A DNA stretch of 38,341 nt from a virus (lineage: Duplodnaviria; Caudoviricetes): the IMG/VR virus record IMGVR_UViG_3300020045_005409, positions 1 through 38,341 of that record; one strand, given 5' to 3'. This document shows, in pieces, positions 15,107-25,009 of this stretch (within the stretch, counting starts at the first letter, position 1; the number at the start of each line of letters is the position of its first letter). Both the position numbers and the translations under genes were made by a program. The notes under the pieces were generated by a model. That model ran no database searches. It saw only the letters and a list, made by a program, of their open reading frames with translations, and was not told the origin of the DNA.

Positions 15107-15364
15107 CTATTTTACTCTTAACATATCTTTTATCTCTTTTATATCTTCTTTTATGGGTGTAAGCACCTCTACCATTAGCTCTTTATCAGCCTTTTGGGCA
15201 TCAAGTATCTCAATGTTCTTCTCTATCGCTTCTACCTGCCTAGTAAGAGAGACCAGACCAACCTGAAGAGTAACAATAGCAACGACACCCACAATAATTC
15301 CAGCAATGATCTTGTCAGTGAATGAAGAAAAGAGTTTGTCTTTGAGAGTGTTCTGTCCAGCCAT
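15107..15364 (-). CDS. Single-TM membrane protein (holin/lysis accessory)
   Basis: IIAGIIVGVVAIVTLQVGLV followed by coiled coil ending IKEDIKEIK; upstream of the endolysin. Confidence 0.6.
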   Translation of the reverse strand: MAGQNTLKDKLFSSFTDKIIAGIIVGVVAIVTLQVGLVSLTRQVEAIEKNIEILDAQKADKELMVEVLTPIKEDIKEIKDMLRVK

Positions 15365-15431
15365 ATACCTATAGTATGTAATTGATACTCAAATGATGAC
15401 TTGTTTTTTTAAAGAGTGCATGGGAGTTATC

Positions 15432-15743
15432 CTATGCTCCCTTATTGCCGGAGGTCATATGAGCTAATTTACTCAACGCTTTAAGGCGACCGTCAAGAGC
15501 TTTTATTATAATATTAGCTTCTGGGGTATTCATAGGCATAGCAGAGTTACCTAGACCACCAGCAGGACTACCTTGTGGTTGTGGTAATGGCTGTGATGGT
15601 TGAGTGGCTTGATTGACGGTAGTTGCGGCATTAGATACTTGTGAAGTAGCACCACCGCCTTGACTGCCACGACGGGAAATCGCCGCTTGAAGTTCAGGAC
15701 TCATTCCACCTATTGCACTGCCAAAAGATCCTGTATTGTCCAT
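15432..15743 (-). CDS. Hypothetical virion-associated protein
   Basis: G/Q/P-rich; preceded by a conserved leader. Confidence 0.7.
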   Translation of the reverse strand: MDNTGSFGSAIGGMSPELQAAISRRGSQGGGATSQVSNAATTVNQATQPSQPLPQPQGSPAGGLGNSAMPMNTPEANIIIKALDGRLKALSKLAHMTSGNKGA

Positions 15744-15800
15744 ATATAAAAAAGACTCCCGTTAAGGAGTCTATAGTGACTTAATGGTTTGATTATAGCA
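15744..15800 (-). promoter_or_regulatory. Late promoter-leader-terminator element 1
   Basis: TGCTATAAT-N6-ATTA-AGTC-ACTATA-GACT-CC TTAACG GGAGTCT TTTTT ATAT ATG. Confidence 0.85.
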
Positions 15801-15814
15801 AATAAGGAGTCTGT

Positions 15815-16039
15815 TTATCTGCCGTTCTTTTCTAGTTCACTTTCAAACTGGTTTGACAACGTACTCACTTTTTTTACTAGCTCGAGGTAGGCCGAGGACA
15901 GTCCCTCACTTTCCGATTCACTTAAAGTGTTCATTGGATACTGTTTATTAAGCGTGGTATAGGAAAAAGAAATCTGTGATATCGCCTGCAAGAAATCCCT
16001 GAATCTTAACAGTTTCTGTGTAGTCTCCAATTTCATCAT
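15815..16039 (-). CDS. Hypothetical helical protein (moron-like)
   Basis: Own TGCTATAAT promoter 8 nt upstream; flanked by 14-bp direct repeats. Confidence 0.65.
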   Translation of the reverse strand: MMKLETTQKLLRFRDFLQAISQISFSYTTLNKQYPMNTLSESESEGLSSAYLELVKKVSTLSNQFESELEKNGR

Positions 16040-16059
16040 CGATGATGATTATAGCAAAT

Positions 16060-18012
16060 CTATTGTAGACCGTAGTCCGCAAACCTACGCTCCAGATCCT
16101 GAATCTTGTACAAGGCAGATTCCGGAGTGTCTTTCCATGTTGGTAGATAAGCCTCTAAATACGATTTCATCTCTGCTGGGGGGATAGCGGCTCCGGATTC
16201 CGGCCTTATTACAGCCATAATAACTTTCTCTGCCATAGATCTGTATTGTGGGTCTATTACTCCACCGGTTAGGGTACTCTTCTTCATCTTATCTAGTTTC
16301 AGACCAATCAATCTTCCGGAGTTATCATATATACCAAAATCTCTCTTTATCTGATCTAGGTTTCTCATTCCACCTTTCACAAGAACAGTCTGTGCCTGTG
16401 TCAGGGGGGTTCCGGCCTTTGGTTGAGCGTTTATTGAACTTTGATACTTGGTTTCTCTCTCTAACATGCTATACAAGTATTCCGCCGACTTCTTATCTCC
16501 AGCACTGAGAGCCTTTTGATATCCAGCCGCTATCTGTTCAGGGGTGTAACCGGATAAAGTCTTTTGAGGTATAATCTCTTGCTGATGGTTACTTTGATCG
16601 TATGGTGCATTTCCGCTCTGTTCGCTACCTATGCTATTTTGTTGTTGATCGGATGGTTGTTCGAAATTTGGCAGACTTGGAAGTCTAGCTGATACCTGTC
16701 CAGAGACTTGAGACGCTAACGGATTGGCCGACCTTTCCCCTATCCCCGTTGCTATTTGACCGGTCTTTTGTAAACCGGCTCCAAGTACGTCTTGAGCCGT
16801 CTGTAGCTTTCCGGCCGGCAGTGTAAATCCAGCCGCTCTGACAGTAGGAACAGTTTTCCTTGACCTACCTAAAGATTCTGCCGCATCGTATAAGTGACTT
16901 TCCTGAGTTGTGAGACGTTTTACGTCCGGGTGAGCTTTAGCTAAGACATCATCTAGTGTCTGCCTGGCTTTAGCTATAACGTAGTCTGTATCGTTGAGTG
17001 GCATTTTGCTTTTTATCTTCCTGGCCACGGCTCCGAAGTCTCCGTTTACCTGTTTCTTTAGGTTATACAGATTGACAGAGTCTATTGTTCCCGCATCTCC
17101 CATCAAGGACTTGATGTAACCATCCACTTCTTGTATGGCATTTTCGGGTAGTATTTCCTTTCTCCTGATAGAATCTTTAAGATTACTTATAAGATTGTTC
17201 TTAATTTCCTGGGAGTTAAATACCTTGTTATCTTTGGACAATATGCTCGATATTTTATTATTCATCTCGCTCATCCTAGGCTCTAACATTTCGTATTTCT
17301 TTTGTGCATTTCCTAAGATATTTAGATCGTCCAAAGTCTTTTGGATGGCCTTTTCTTTAGAGGCACCGGCTATGTCTGACTTGACATATATCTTAGACAC
17401 CCCCGATCTAGTTTCGGTTCCGGACTTCTCTACGAATCTACCCACTTTACCTAATACCTTAGATCCACCATGTAGTAAACCGGCACCTATTGCCCCAGTG
17501 GCGGCCCCCCCTATAGTTTCCTTTAGTGCTTTCTCCGGATTGTTCAAGTCCGCCTGAGATAGAGATTGTAGGCTTCCGACGGCCGCTCCAGGAAGCAAGG
17601 ACTTTGTGGCTAATCTACTTAGTGCCCCAGCTCCAGCCTTAGCTTTACCAAACGGGACGGCATAAGACATTACGTTTAAGCTGTCTTGAACTTGCTGTAA
17701 CCCTGCCTTACGAGGATCTTCGACCGACATCTTAGGCAACACATATCTAGCCGCTTTTTCCAGGGCTCCCTGTTCTCCACCTTTTCTGTTGGTAGCTAAT
17801 GCCCCCAGTGCCAGTCCAGTACCTATGATGTTCCTGCCAGTCCTCCAAAATGGGTTAACAATAGATTTACCTATATTGAGTAGCGCGCCTCCTGCCTTTT
17901 CAGTAAATGATTGAGGCTGTTGCTGAATAGACGGTAGTGGAGTTTGAGCCGCCATTCCTGGAGCATCTGGTACGTCGATCAATCTTCCCTGTGATTGTGA
18001 ATATACTTTCAT
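16060..18012 (-). CDS. Internal virion / DNA ejection protein
   Basis: 650 aa, A/G-rich helical with GAAxG segments; podovirus position between tail and lysis genes. Confidence 0.65.
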   Translation of the reverse strand: MKVYSQSQGRLIDVPDAPGMAAQTPLPSIQQQPQSFTEKAGGALLNIGKSIVNPFWRTGRNIIGTGLALGALATNRKGGEQGALEKAARYVLPKMSVEDPRKAGLQQVQDSLNVMSYAVPFGKAKAGAGALSRLATKSLLPGAAVGSLQSLSQADLNNPEKALKETIGGAATGAIGAGLLHGGSKVLGKVGRFVEKSGTETRSGVSKIYVKSDIAGASKEKAIQKTLDDLNILGNAQKKYEMLEPRMSEMNNKISSILSKDNKVFNSQEIKNNLISNLKDSIRRKEILPENAIQEVDGYIKSLMGDAGTIDSVNLYNLKKQVNGDFGAVARKIKSKMPLNDTDYVIAKARQTLDDVLAKAHPDVKRLTTQESHLYDAAESLGRSRKTVPTVRAAGFTLPAGKLQTAQDVLGAGLQKTGQIATGIGERSANPLASQVSGQVSARLPSLPNFEQPSDQQQNSIGSEQSGNAPYDQSNHQQEIIPQKTLSGYTPEQIAAGYQKALSAGDKKSAEYLYSMLERETKYQSSINAQPKAGTPLTQAQTVLVKGGMRNLDQIKRDFGIYDNSGRLIGLKLDKMKKSTLTGGVIDPQYRSMAEKVIMAVIRPESGAAIPPAEMKSYLEAYLPTWKDTPESALYKIQDLERRFADYGLQ

Positions 18013-18013
18013 G

Positions 18014-18925
18014 TTATGGAGCTACTTGGTACCACTGTCTACCATCTGTATACCATCCGTTTTTAATAGTTCCAGGTGCTGCACTATATTGTGGTTGTGC
18101 ATTAGACGATGACGTTTGGCCACCACTTAGATACCCGGAGGCATTGCTACCTGATGATAAGTAACTAGTTGGGTTTACTCCACCCCCGCTAGAACTTCCA
18201 TACGTCGATATCACCTGACCAGTTTGTGTATTAATAAGCTTCTTCTGACCATTTACTTCGATTATCTGAGTGTCTGGTGATTGTTGACTTAGTGATGCTT
18301 GTTGTACGTTTAACTGTTTCTGTCTTTCGAAGTTAGACTCTGCCATCGACAGTTCGTGAGCTCTGTTTTTCTCCGCCTCGCTTAGTTGAATACCGTTTTG
18401 TATCTTACTGATAATCGCAGAAAGTTCGTTTTGGTTGTCTTGGGAGTACAAGCTAGTTTCACGAGCATTACGTTCGGCTAGCATACCCTGTTCAGCATTC
18501 AAGGGGATAAGCCCTCTCTGGAACTGATTCTCTGCATATCCTAGTCTTCTGCCAAGCTCGCCTTCTGCATTTAATGCCTGTTCAGAAGCTCTTTGGGCAG
18601 CCGGTGCCAATTCGGCCTGTTTAGTGCCAACAACTCTTGCGAGCTGATTTGCGTTAACATCGAAACCTGTTGTTGCCTTAGAATACGTGTCCGGTAGTGC
18701 TCTCAGGTTCTCCTGCATGGATGCGGCGTTTTGTCTTAAAGCAGGAAGTCCTAGTTCAGCGCCAATGCGTTGAGACATAACCTCCATAGACGGTTGAGAC
18801 GAAACATAGCCACCAAGTTTACCTAAGAAATCGCCAGATCTGGTGTCTTGACCCGCAAGAAGTTCGGCTGTTCCAGCTCTCTGTTTCTGTACTGTATCGA
18901 CTGCTTGATTGAGGTTGGGCTCCAT
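18014..18925 (-). CDS. Internal virion / ejection protein
   Basis: Q/A-rich helical 303 aa; synteny. Confidence 0.6.
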   Translation of the reverse strand: MEPNLNQAVDTVQKQRAGTAELLAGQDTRSGDFLGKLGGYVSSQPSMEVMSQRIGAELGLPALRQNAASMQENLRALPDTYSKATTGFDVNANQLARVVGTKQAELAPAAQRASEQALNAEGELGRRLGYAENQFQRGLIPLNAEQGMLAERNARETSLYSQDNQNELSAIISKIQNGIQLSEAEKNRAHELSMAESNFERQKQLNVQQASLSQQSPDTQIIEVNGQKKLINTQTGQVISTYGSSSGGGVNPTSYLSSGSNASGYLSGGQTSSSNAQPQYSAAPGTIKNGWYTDGRQWYQVAP

Positions 18926-18984
18926 ATAACAAAAAGACCCGCTTTTGGCGAGTCTATAGTGACTTAATTAGCTAAATTATAACA
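18926..18984 (-). promoter_or_regulatory. Late promoter-leader-terminator element 2
   Basis: TGTTATAAT-N7-ATTA-AGTC-ACTATA-GACT-CGC CAAAA GCGGGTCT TTTTGTTAT ATG. Confidence 0.85.
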
Positions 18985-18986
18985 CT

Positions 18987-19832
18987 CTAGACCACCGGTA
19001 ACTCCACATAATTTATCCATGTAGGTTGTACACCAGTTCCAGACGTGTTTATGTAAACAGAGTCTCCCGCATTTAAAGCACCCAAGTTTTCTGGGAAAGA
19101 TGTGCCAGAAGCATTATTGGCGACAGCAGACTCCGGCTGGAAACGGTGGTTCTGCGATGGTGACTGTCCGGCAGGAACTACATAGAACCCCACGGTCCTA
19201 GATCCACCAGAAGTGTTTATATACCAGAGGGCTGAATACCAGAACAGGTGACCTATATCATTAAGTATCCAGGCCATCTTACCCGGAGGGACCTGATATA
19301 TCAGGTTGTATCCACTATTAAGAGATTCAAGCAGGCGTGCGCAATATAAAGGTGAGTCACTGCTGACTTCCATCCCTGATCCAAAGACATTAAGACCGGC
19401 CGCGGTTGAATTGATGGTTAAGGATTCTCCGCCTCGGAGGACTATCTGCCTTACTGCTGTCGAAAATGAAGTACTAGATAAGGCTGTTGTGGCGGTTAAC
19501 CTAACGTAATTACCACCTATCTTCAACTGAGAATATAAGCTGATAGATCCACCAGTCGGGTTGTATGATCTGAAAAATGTTATCAGACACTTTCTACCCT
19601 GTGGGCAGGTGTATATATCATAGTTTCCGCTAGGTATTCCTCCATCGCTTATCCTCACGTATTTGACATTGTTAAATAAGGGCATGGTGGGAGGTATTAC
19701 ATCTTCACCCAGATGCCTTACTTTTATTGTCCCCGGTATGATGTCTAGCTGAGATAACCTCCGGCTTTTTAAGGCATCGACTTCTTGTTGTAGTTTGTCT
19801 AATTTATCAGACAGGACTGTAGTGTCATCCAT
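18987..19832 (-). CDS. Tail needle/spike-like protein
   Basis: N-terminal coiled coil plus two similar beta-sandwich repeats (IYTCPQGR / IYQVPPGK; LRGGESL / LNAGDSV). Confidence 0.55.
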   Translation of the reverse strand: MDDTTVLSDKLDKLQQEVDALKSRRLSQLDIIPGTIKVRHLGEDVIPPTMPLFNNVKYVRISDGGIPSGNYDIYTCPQGRKCLITFFRSYNPTGGSISLYSQLKIGGNYVRLTATTALSSTSFSTAVRQIVLRGGESLTINSTAAGLNVFGSGMEVSSDSPLYCARLLESLNSGYNLIYQVPPGKMAWILNDIGHLFWYSALWYINTSGGSRTVGFYVVPAGQSPSQNHRFQPESAVANNASGTSFPENLGALNAGDSVYINTSGTGVQPTWINYVELPVV

Positions 19833-22800
19833 ATCTGCCTTCAGTTTGGTTACTATTGGCTATTGCCAAGACCGAGTTTAGCGTGGGTGATGTGGAGACC
19901 GATGTAGTCATGTCTATAGCCACTTGCATAGAATTGTACCTACCCTTAGTTGTTAGCAGCCTTACCACCTCATCACCAACTGCGGGGTCGTTAGTGTTAG
20001 CTATCCAATCAGAGTCTGCGTCTCTCTTGAACTTGATGTTTATAGACTCTCCGGTTAGTAGTGGATCAAAATTGGCTACTATTTCGGTCAGTTCCTTTTC
20101 TTTCCAGTTGCTATTGCTCTCGTCTACCAGGAACTCCATGGTGGCGGTAGGATAAGGGGCATTTGTTGTGAGTAGGTAGTCTACTCCATAAGACACGTTA
20201 TCTTGCCACCCGATCAGTAGTCTATTGCCCACTTTAGTAACCAAGCCTATGCTAACAGTCGAACCAGTATTGCCCGTGGATATAGGATAGTCATAGGTCA
20301 ATATATCTTGATATCGTCTATTGGTTGATCCATAGGTATAAACCCCTTTTCCGATAGCGGTGGAGGTGCTAGACCCAGACACACCAAACCTGATTAATGA
20401 ATTCCACATGCAAACCGCACCTGGGTACACCTCAGCCGCGTCGTCACCAATTAATGGTAATTCCTTAATCTTCTCGGCAGTATCTCCACCTACAAATACC
20501 AGCTGTTGCTGTTGTGGCCCCGCCCAAATAAATAACTTTCCCTCGGAAGATAGTAGGGCGTTAACCCCACCTTGAGGTATCTCTATAAACGTGTTAAATG
20601 TAGGCGAGTAACCGTCCCAGAAATATATCCGGCCTTGGTTGTTAAGATCATCCCCCTTAGTCACTCCAATAGCTAAGTATTCCCTCCACAGCTCCAAACA
20701 TCTAACTTTGTATCCTGCCGCCAATACGATCTTGTTTGGCTCGTATAGGGGATACTCGAACTTGGCTACGTGGCGTTCGTTACCGAATACGATGAAGTTG
20801 AGGAACTGTAGACCCGGATGCCATGATGTATCTTCAACCAAGAACTGATAGTAAGTTCTGTAAGATACACTTTCTAAGTCTGAGGCTGTTGTCGTGGTGA
20901 CTGTACCATCGGCCACCGTAGAAGTAATATGGAAATGGTAAGCGTTGGTAAAGTTAGTCAAAGGCCTCCACACACTTGAGAAAGTGAATTCATAATACCC
21001 CGTTGTCATATCGGCATTAGTAACGGTCTTGGTTGCTATTACATTGTTGAGCGAATCATGAACTGTTAGAGTCCAGTTACCAGTACCTACAGCCGCTACA
21101 AGGACAGCGATAGACTTTTGGGGGTCTTTGTTGGGAGTAAATGTCTTCCTGGCAGTAGAAGCTTCTGATATGGCCGTAGGGGTAGTGTAAGTATTTCCCG
21201 AAGTTGTAGCCTGCTGGTCAATATCCAACCTTGTCGTCGGCGAGGCAAAGGGTACATTTGTAGTAAATACTGGCGATCCGGAAGCCGTTAAGTTGTTAGC
21301 GTTAGCGGTGGAGTCATTAACATCATCATTCAGCTTGTAATAAGCCGCGAGTCCGGTGGTGTTAGTGGATATTTGGGTTGTCATTCCACTTACAAAGTCT
21401 GATGCTGACCTAACAGTGTTGAATACTCTTACCTCGTCAATAAGACCATCATAGAAGTGCTGAGCCGCTCCTGCTCCGTCAAAGTCACATCCTATGTTAA
21501 ATACTGAAGCGTTATCACTAATTGCAGTTAACGCGCCAGTTGTAGATCCAAGAGATACACCGTTTAAATAGAATGTTGCTGTACTCGTACTTGCAGTCCA
21601 TGCCACCGCTACGTGTTGCCATACGCCTGTTGTAATAGTGGCAGGTTTAGTCAAGTTCTCTGAGTTGGTTCCATTCGACGACACAGATAGCATCAAAGTA
21701 TAGCCATCCACACTACCCAAACTATTGTCTTGAGTAACATTGAGGGTGGGTGAAGTAGTCCCCGTGTAAGATGTGTAGTAGTCAAGATGGTTTCTGCCTG
21801 TTGACCCTGCTCCACCGTCTCCAGCTGTCTCGTCTTCTGATGTACCACCACTCCCACCGCCTGCAGTTACAAGACTAGACCCTAGTGTAGCGACTTGGCT
21901 CTTGATCATGTTCGACCCACCTGCACCACCACCTCCACCAGCTCCGTCAATTGAGCCATTATTACCAGCAGTTCCTGCAGACGTCACCGATCCGGTAATG
22001 GTAACAGTAGTGCCCGCTATCCAGCATATACCGCCTCCAATACCACCCGCACCTCCACTACCGGTGGCAGATAAGGCTCCTGATCCACCTCCACCACCAA
22101 ATACCATAGTCGTAAGGTCAGCAGACCCCGCGGCAATACCACCCGCACCACCAGTTCCGGATCTATCTGTTTGTCCCCGGGTTCCGGCGGAGCTGTTTCC
22201 ACCTCCACCACCACCGCCAGTTCCGTTATTTCCGGGAGCCCAATATCCACCTCCACCACCGTTGCCGTTATAAGAACTTGACTCAGTATCTGCCGCACCA
22301 GACGTCCCTTCTCCCTGTTTACCACTAGTGTCGGTGGATGTAATCTGCGTAGCCCCCCTGAATCCCTTACCCGATGCTGTTATGGTTCCTGTTACTGTCA
22401 CTGTTCCACTGGCTAAGAATCCAATGATACCCCCCACCGTACCGTTCCATGCCTTGGCGGTGTAGGTTATGCCTGAGTTTATAGTTACATTCGTATATTG
22501 CTTCAAGACTCTAACCTGTGCCCCTGATGTATATGTAGCATTCAAGGCGTCGACTAGGGTTATAGTGCCGGCTGTATACGATTGGATCTTGTTCTTCTGC
22601 CAGGTTCCTGCACCTGTCCCTCGGGACTGATGAATCAGTATTATTTGGCCAGTAGTGAACGAAGCGTTAGTAGCAGACAGTGATGATGTCCCAGACGTTC
22701 CCGTACAAGCAGAGTCGATAGGAGCTTCGGTTGTATTACTAGATATAGTAAGGGCTCCGTCCGAACCGTCACCAAAATAGTTCGACACAGTACCTATACC

Positions 22801-23433
22801 AAATTTATACGATCTTATATTTCCATTTTCAGTCCACTTAGACACTAGTGTCATTTGACCACCAGAGGCCGGCAAGCTTTCCGGATATACCTGAGCCTCG
22901 ATAGATAGATTGCCAGTTATAGATAACGAGGCCGTATCAGCTCGTGAGGCGTACTGGGAGCTACCGGCTTCGAGATCTAGGGAGTTAGTGTTGAGTGGTA
23001 CTCCACCCTGTGATCCAAAGAAATCATCAACAAAGGTTGGTGTACCGGATAACTTTCCATACCTACCTATAACTTTATCGCCTGCATAATACAAAAAGTC
23101 ATCCTCTGCCGAATATACCAAACCATTACCATGAGAGTTGGGTACTGATCTTAGTAGAGAATATGCGCCTGCGGATGTTCTCTTGTACAAGTTACCAGTA
23201 TTACCATACATGTACAAACTCCCATCCGATGGTGATTCTTCAGACCACTTAGGTAAGTCTGTTATGACAGTTCCCGACTCTTTGATAGTTCTCGGAAGTA
23301 TAGTAACCTGTCTAGGGTCGGTACGCACGTCTACAGACCTTCCGAAAGCATATGAATCCTGTATACCCTCGCTAGAGTAATCAGCGATACCTCCATTGAA
23401 TCTCTCTATCGGTTTTAGTATTTCGTTAGCCAA
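19825..23433 (-). CDS. Tail nozzle/stabilization protein with inserted LamG and Gly-rich domains
   Basis: F.GGI N-terminus and propeller-like C-terminus typical of podovirus nozzles; LamG motifs WQHVAV, FYLNG, FYDGLIDEVRVFN; Gly-rich block. Confidence 0.7.
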   Translation of the reverse strand: MANEILKPIERFNGGIADYSSEGIQDSYAFGRSVDVRTDPRQVTILPRTIKESGTVITDLPKWSEESPSDGSLYMYGNTGNLYKRTSAGAYSLLRSVPNSHGNGLVYSAEDDFLYYAGDKVIGRYGKLSGTPTFVDDFFGSQGGVPLNTNSLDLEAGSSQYASRADTASLSITGNLSIEAQVYPESLPASGGQMTLVSKWTENGNIRSYKFGIGTVSNYFGDGSDGALTISSNTTEAPIDSACTGTSGTSSLSATNASFTTGQIILIHQSRGTGAGTWQKNKIQSYTAGTITLVDALNATYTSGAQVRVLKQYTNVTINSGITYTAKAWNGTVGGIIGFLASGTVTVTGTITASGKGFRGATQITSTDTSGKQGEGTSGAADTESSSYNGNGGGGGYWAPGNNGTGGGGGGGNSSAGTRGQTDRSGTGGAGGIAAGSADLTTMVFGGGGGSGALSATGSGGAGGIGGGICWIAGTTVTITGSVTSAGTAGNNGSIDGAGGGGGAGGSNMIKSQVATLGSSLVTAGGGSGGTSEDETAGDGGAGSTGRNHLDYYTSYTGTTSPTLNVTQDNSLGSVDGYTLMLSVSSNGTNSENLTKPATITTGVWQHVAVAWTASTSTATFYLNGVSLGSTTGALTAISDNASVFNIGCDFDGAGAAQHFYDGLIDEVRVFNTVRSASDFVSGMTTQISTNTTGLAAYYKLNDDVNDSTANANNLTASGSPVFTTNVPFASPTTRLDIDQQATTSGNTYTTPTAISEASTARKTFTPNKDPQKSIAVLVAAVGTGNWTLTVHDSLNNVIATKTVTNADMTTGYYEFTFSSVWRPLTNFTNAYHFHITSTVADGTVTTTTASDLESVSYRTYYQFLVEDTSWHPGLQFLNFIVFGNERHVAKFEYPLYEPNKIVLAAGYKVRCLELWREYLAIGVTKGDDLNNQGRIYFWDGYSPTFNTFIEIPQGGVNALLSSEGKLFIWAGPQQQQLVFVGGDTAEKIKELPLIGDDAAEVYPGAVCMWNSLIRFGVSGSSTSTAIGKGVYTYGSTNRRYQDILTYDYPISTGNTGSTVSIGLVTKVGNRLLIGWQDNVSYGVDYLLTTNAPYPTATMEFLVDESNSNWKEKELTEIVANFDPLLTGESINIKFKRDADSDWIANTNDPAVGDEVVRLLTTKGRYNSMQVAIDMTTSVSTSPTLNSVLAIANSNQTEGRYG

Positions 23434-23441
23434 GTTATTTA

Positions 23442-24401
23442 TTAGCTAATTGTTGTTGACCATATCTTCCAAGTGGGGGATGAAACATTAGGCCCTCTCC
23501 TTACAAGGGTTTTTCTGTCCCTACTCTTATATCTATTTACCAAGCCAATTAGACCTCCTACCACTTGATTGCTACCAAATTGTCTGATGCTATTATTCAT
23601 ATCCCCAGTCCAAAATTTGTTGTTAAAAGCTGTACCCTTTTCCGTATCGTTTCTTAATCCAGAGTAATAATCTGCCGCTGTGCCGTCTGGCAGGATAACG
23701 TGTGCCTCTTCTGGTATATCGGGGGATTCACCTATCAGGTAGGTTAAGCTAGCGGCTGTAGCCGCATTCCACTTCTGGGTGAGTTCTATAGATGTAGCCG
23801 AGGTATAACTAGCTACCTTGTACCAATAACCTTGACCCGGGCTCGATGCAGAAGTAATCTGCAGCCATCTACCGACCATTGCCGAGGTGAATGTAGTACC
23901 CGAACCAGTGACCGTCTCGTCACCATTGGTCATTGTCACTGTGCCGGTAGTGTAATCATCAACAGACAGACTTCTATCTCTATTAAAAGAATTTATCGTT
24001 ATTGTGTAAGCGGCTTGAGGAATGGGCCAAATACCGTAATCGTCTTTGCGTGGGAATAAGAACTGAGGGACGGATGATGGTTGAATTGTCATCGCATTCA
24101 ATAGATTCCATGTATGCTGAGAATAAATCGTAGTTAGGGGATACACTACTGACCCTATAGTTATAGTTACTTCATCTAAGCTCTGTATACCTACAGGATT
24201 ATCGTAATACTGCTGTGAGGCCACTGTGGTATCGGTAGAAGCGGTACTGTTTATGTACTCTGCTAATGAACCGAATATCAATTGATACCTATTGGCCAAG
24301 TTGTAGTTAAAATCTGCCAGTAAACTAGTGTCGCTCATCTGATCAGACTTGCCTATATTCCTAAAGTGTGCCTCCTTGATTCCTTGGTACGTGAGTCGCA
24401 T
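23442..24401 (-). CDS. Head-to-tail adaptor / tail tubular protein with beta insertion
   Basis: Likely start MRLTYQ at 24401; IWPIP motif, ESPDIPEEAH; upstream of the nozzle gene. Confidence 0.65.
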   Translation of the reverse strand: MRLTYQGIKEAHFRNIGKSDQMSDTSLLADFNYNLANRYQLIFGSLAEYINSTASTDTTVASQQYYDNPVGIQSLDEVTITIGSVVYPLTTIYSQHTWNLLNAMTIQPSSVPQFLFPRKDDYGIWPIPQAAYTITINSFNRDRSLSVDDYTTGTVTMTNGDETVTGSGTTFTSAMVGRWLQITSASSPGQGYWYKVASYTSATSIELTQKWNAATAASLTYLIGESPDIPEEAHVILPDGTAADYYSGLRNDTEKGTAFNNKFWTGDMNNSIRQFGSNQVVGGLIGLVNRYKSRDRKTLVRRGPNVSSPTWKIWSTTIS

Positions 24402-24463
24402 GAGAGTAAAAAAAAGACCGGCCATCTCTGGTCGATCTATATTGATCTAATGAGTCAATTATA
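24402..24463 (-). promoter_or_regulatory. Late promoter-leader-terminator element 3
   Basis: TATAAT-N6-ATTA-GATC-AATATA-GATC-GACCA GAGA TGGCCGGTCT T7 ACTCTC ATG. Confidence 0.8.
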
Positions 24464-24467
24464 CACG

Positions 24468-25007
24468 CTAAGCTCCCACACCAAGCAGTCCTAACTTACC
24501 CACAGGTACTACTGTAGTACTCTCATAATATTCTTTGAAATAAGCGTCGTCATTAACGCTAGGATCGTTATCACTCCAAGACCCACCATCATAAAAAAGA
24601 AGAACTCCATTAGCATAAGGATTAGCGGGGGTAGTACTAGAACAGCTCAGATAGAAGTAGTTATCGTCATCCAAGGCTGTAGTTCTAGATATAACCAACC
24701 AATAAGTTGTTCCTCCATCCAACTTTGGCCCTCCAGTAAATGTGTATGTCACGTCCGCACCCGCACTGGGGTTTTGAGTCGCGTCGGCGGCTTGGATAAG
24801 TGAACCAGGAACTCCGGCATTATTTGAATAGAGTTCCATCTTAATCTGACCCGTCGGAGAAGCTTCCACATCGGTCCTGATAATGACTTGAGACATGAAA
24901 GCGGACACACTTGGTAGAAAAGATTGAGCCTGTCTTTGAGAGAAACTGTTGCCGAACGAATAAGCGTTATCAACAGTAGCCTGTTGCTGATCTAAGATGT
25001 TTGCCAT
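24468..25007 (-). CDS. Virion beta-sandwich protein (choice-of-anchor R-like)
   Basis: AQSF...ELYSNNAGVPGSLI...LDGGTTYWLVI...YANG. Confidence 0.6.
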   Translation of the reverse strand: MANILDQQQATVDNAYSFGNSFSQRQAQSFLPSVSAFMSQVIIRTDVEASPTGQIKMELYSNNAGVPGSLIQAADATQNPSAGADVTYTFTGGPKLDGGTTYWLVISRTTALDDDNYFYLSCSSTTPANPYANGVLLFYDGGSWSDNDPSVNDDAYFKEYYESTTVVPVGKLGLLGVGA

Positions 25008-25009
25008 TT

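Noticed and set aside
15770-15785. Leader core GTCACTATAG resembles T7/SP6 promoters (GACTCACTATAG / GACACTATAG)
   Set aside because: No single-subunit RNA polymerase in the window; the elements sit just downstream of sigma70 -10 boxes, and variants keep pairing rather than the T7 sequence.
24402-24425. ORF-track start at 24425 for the adaptor (similarly 3481 for groEL and 4275 for the Zn-ribbon ORF)
   Set aside because: The extensions run through terminator hairpins or deep into the upstream gene; the downstream starts (24401, 3433, 4332) fit better.
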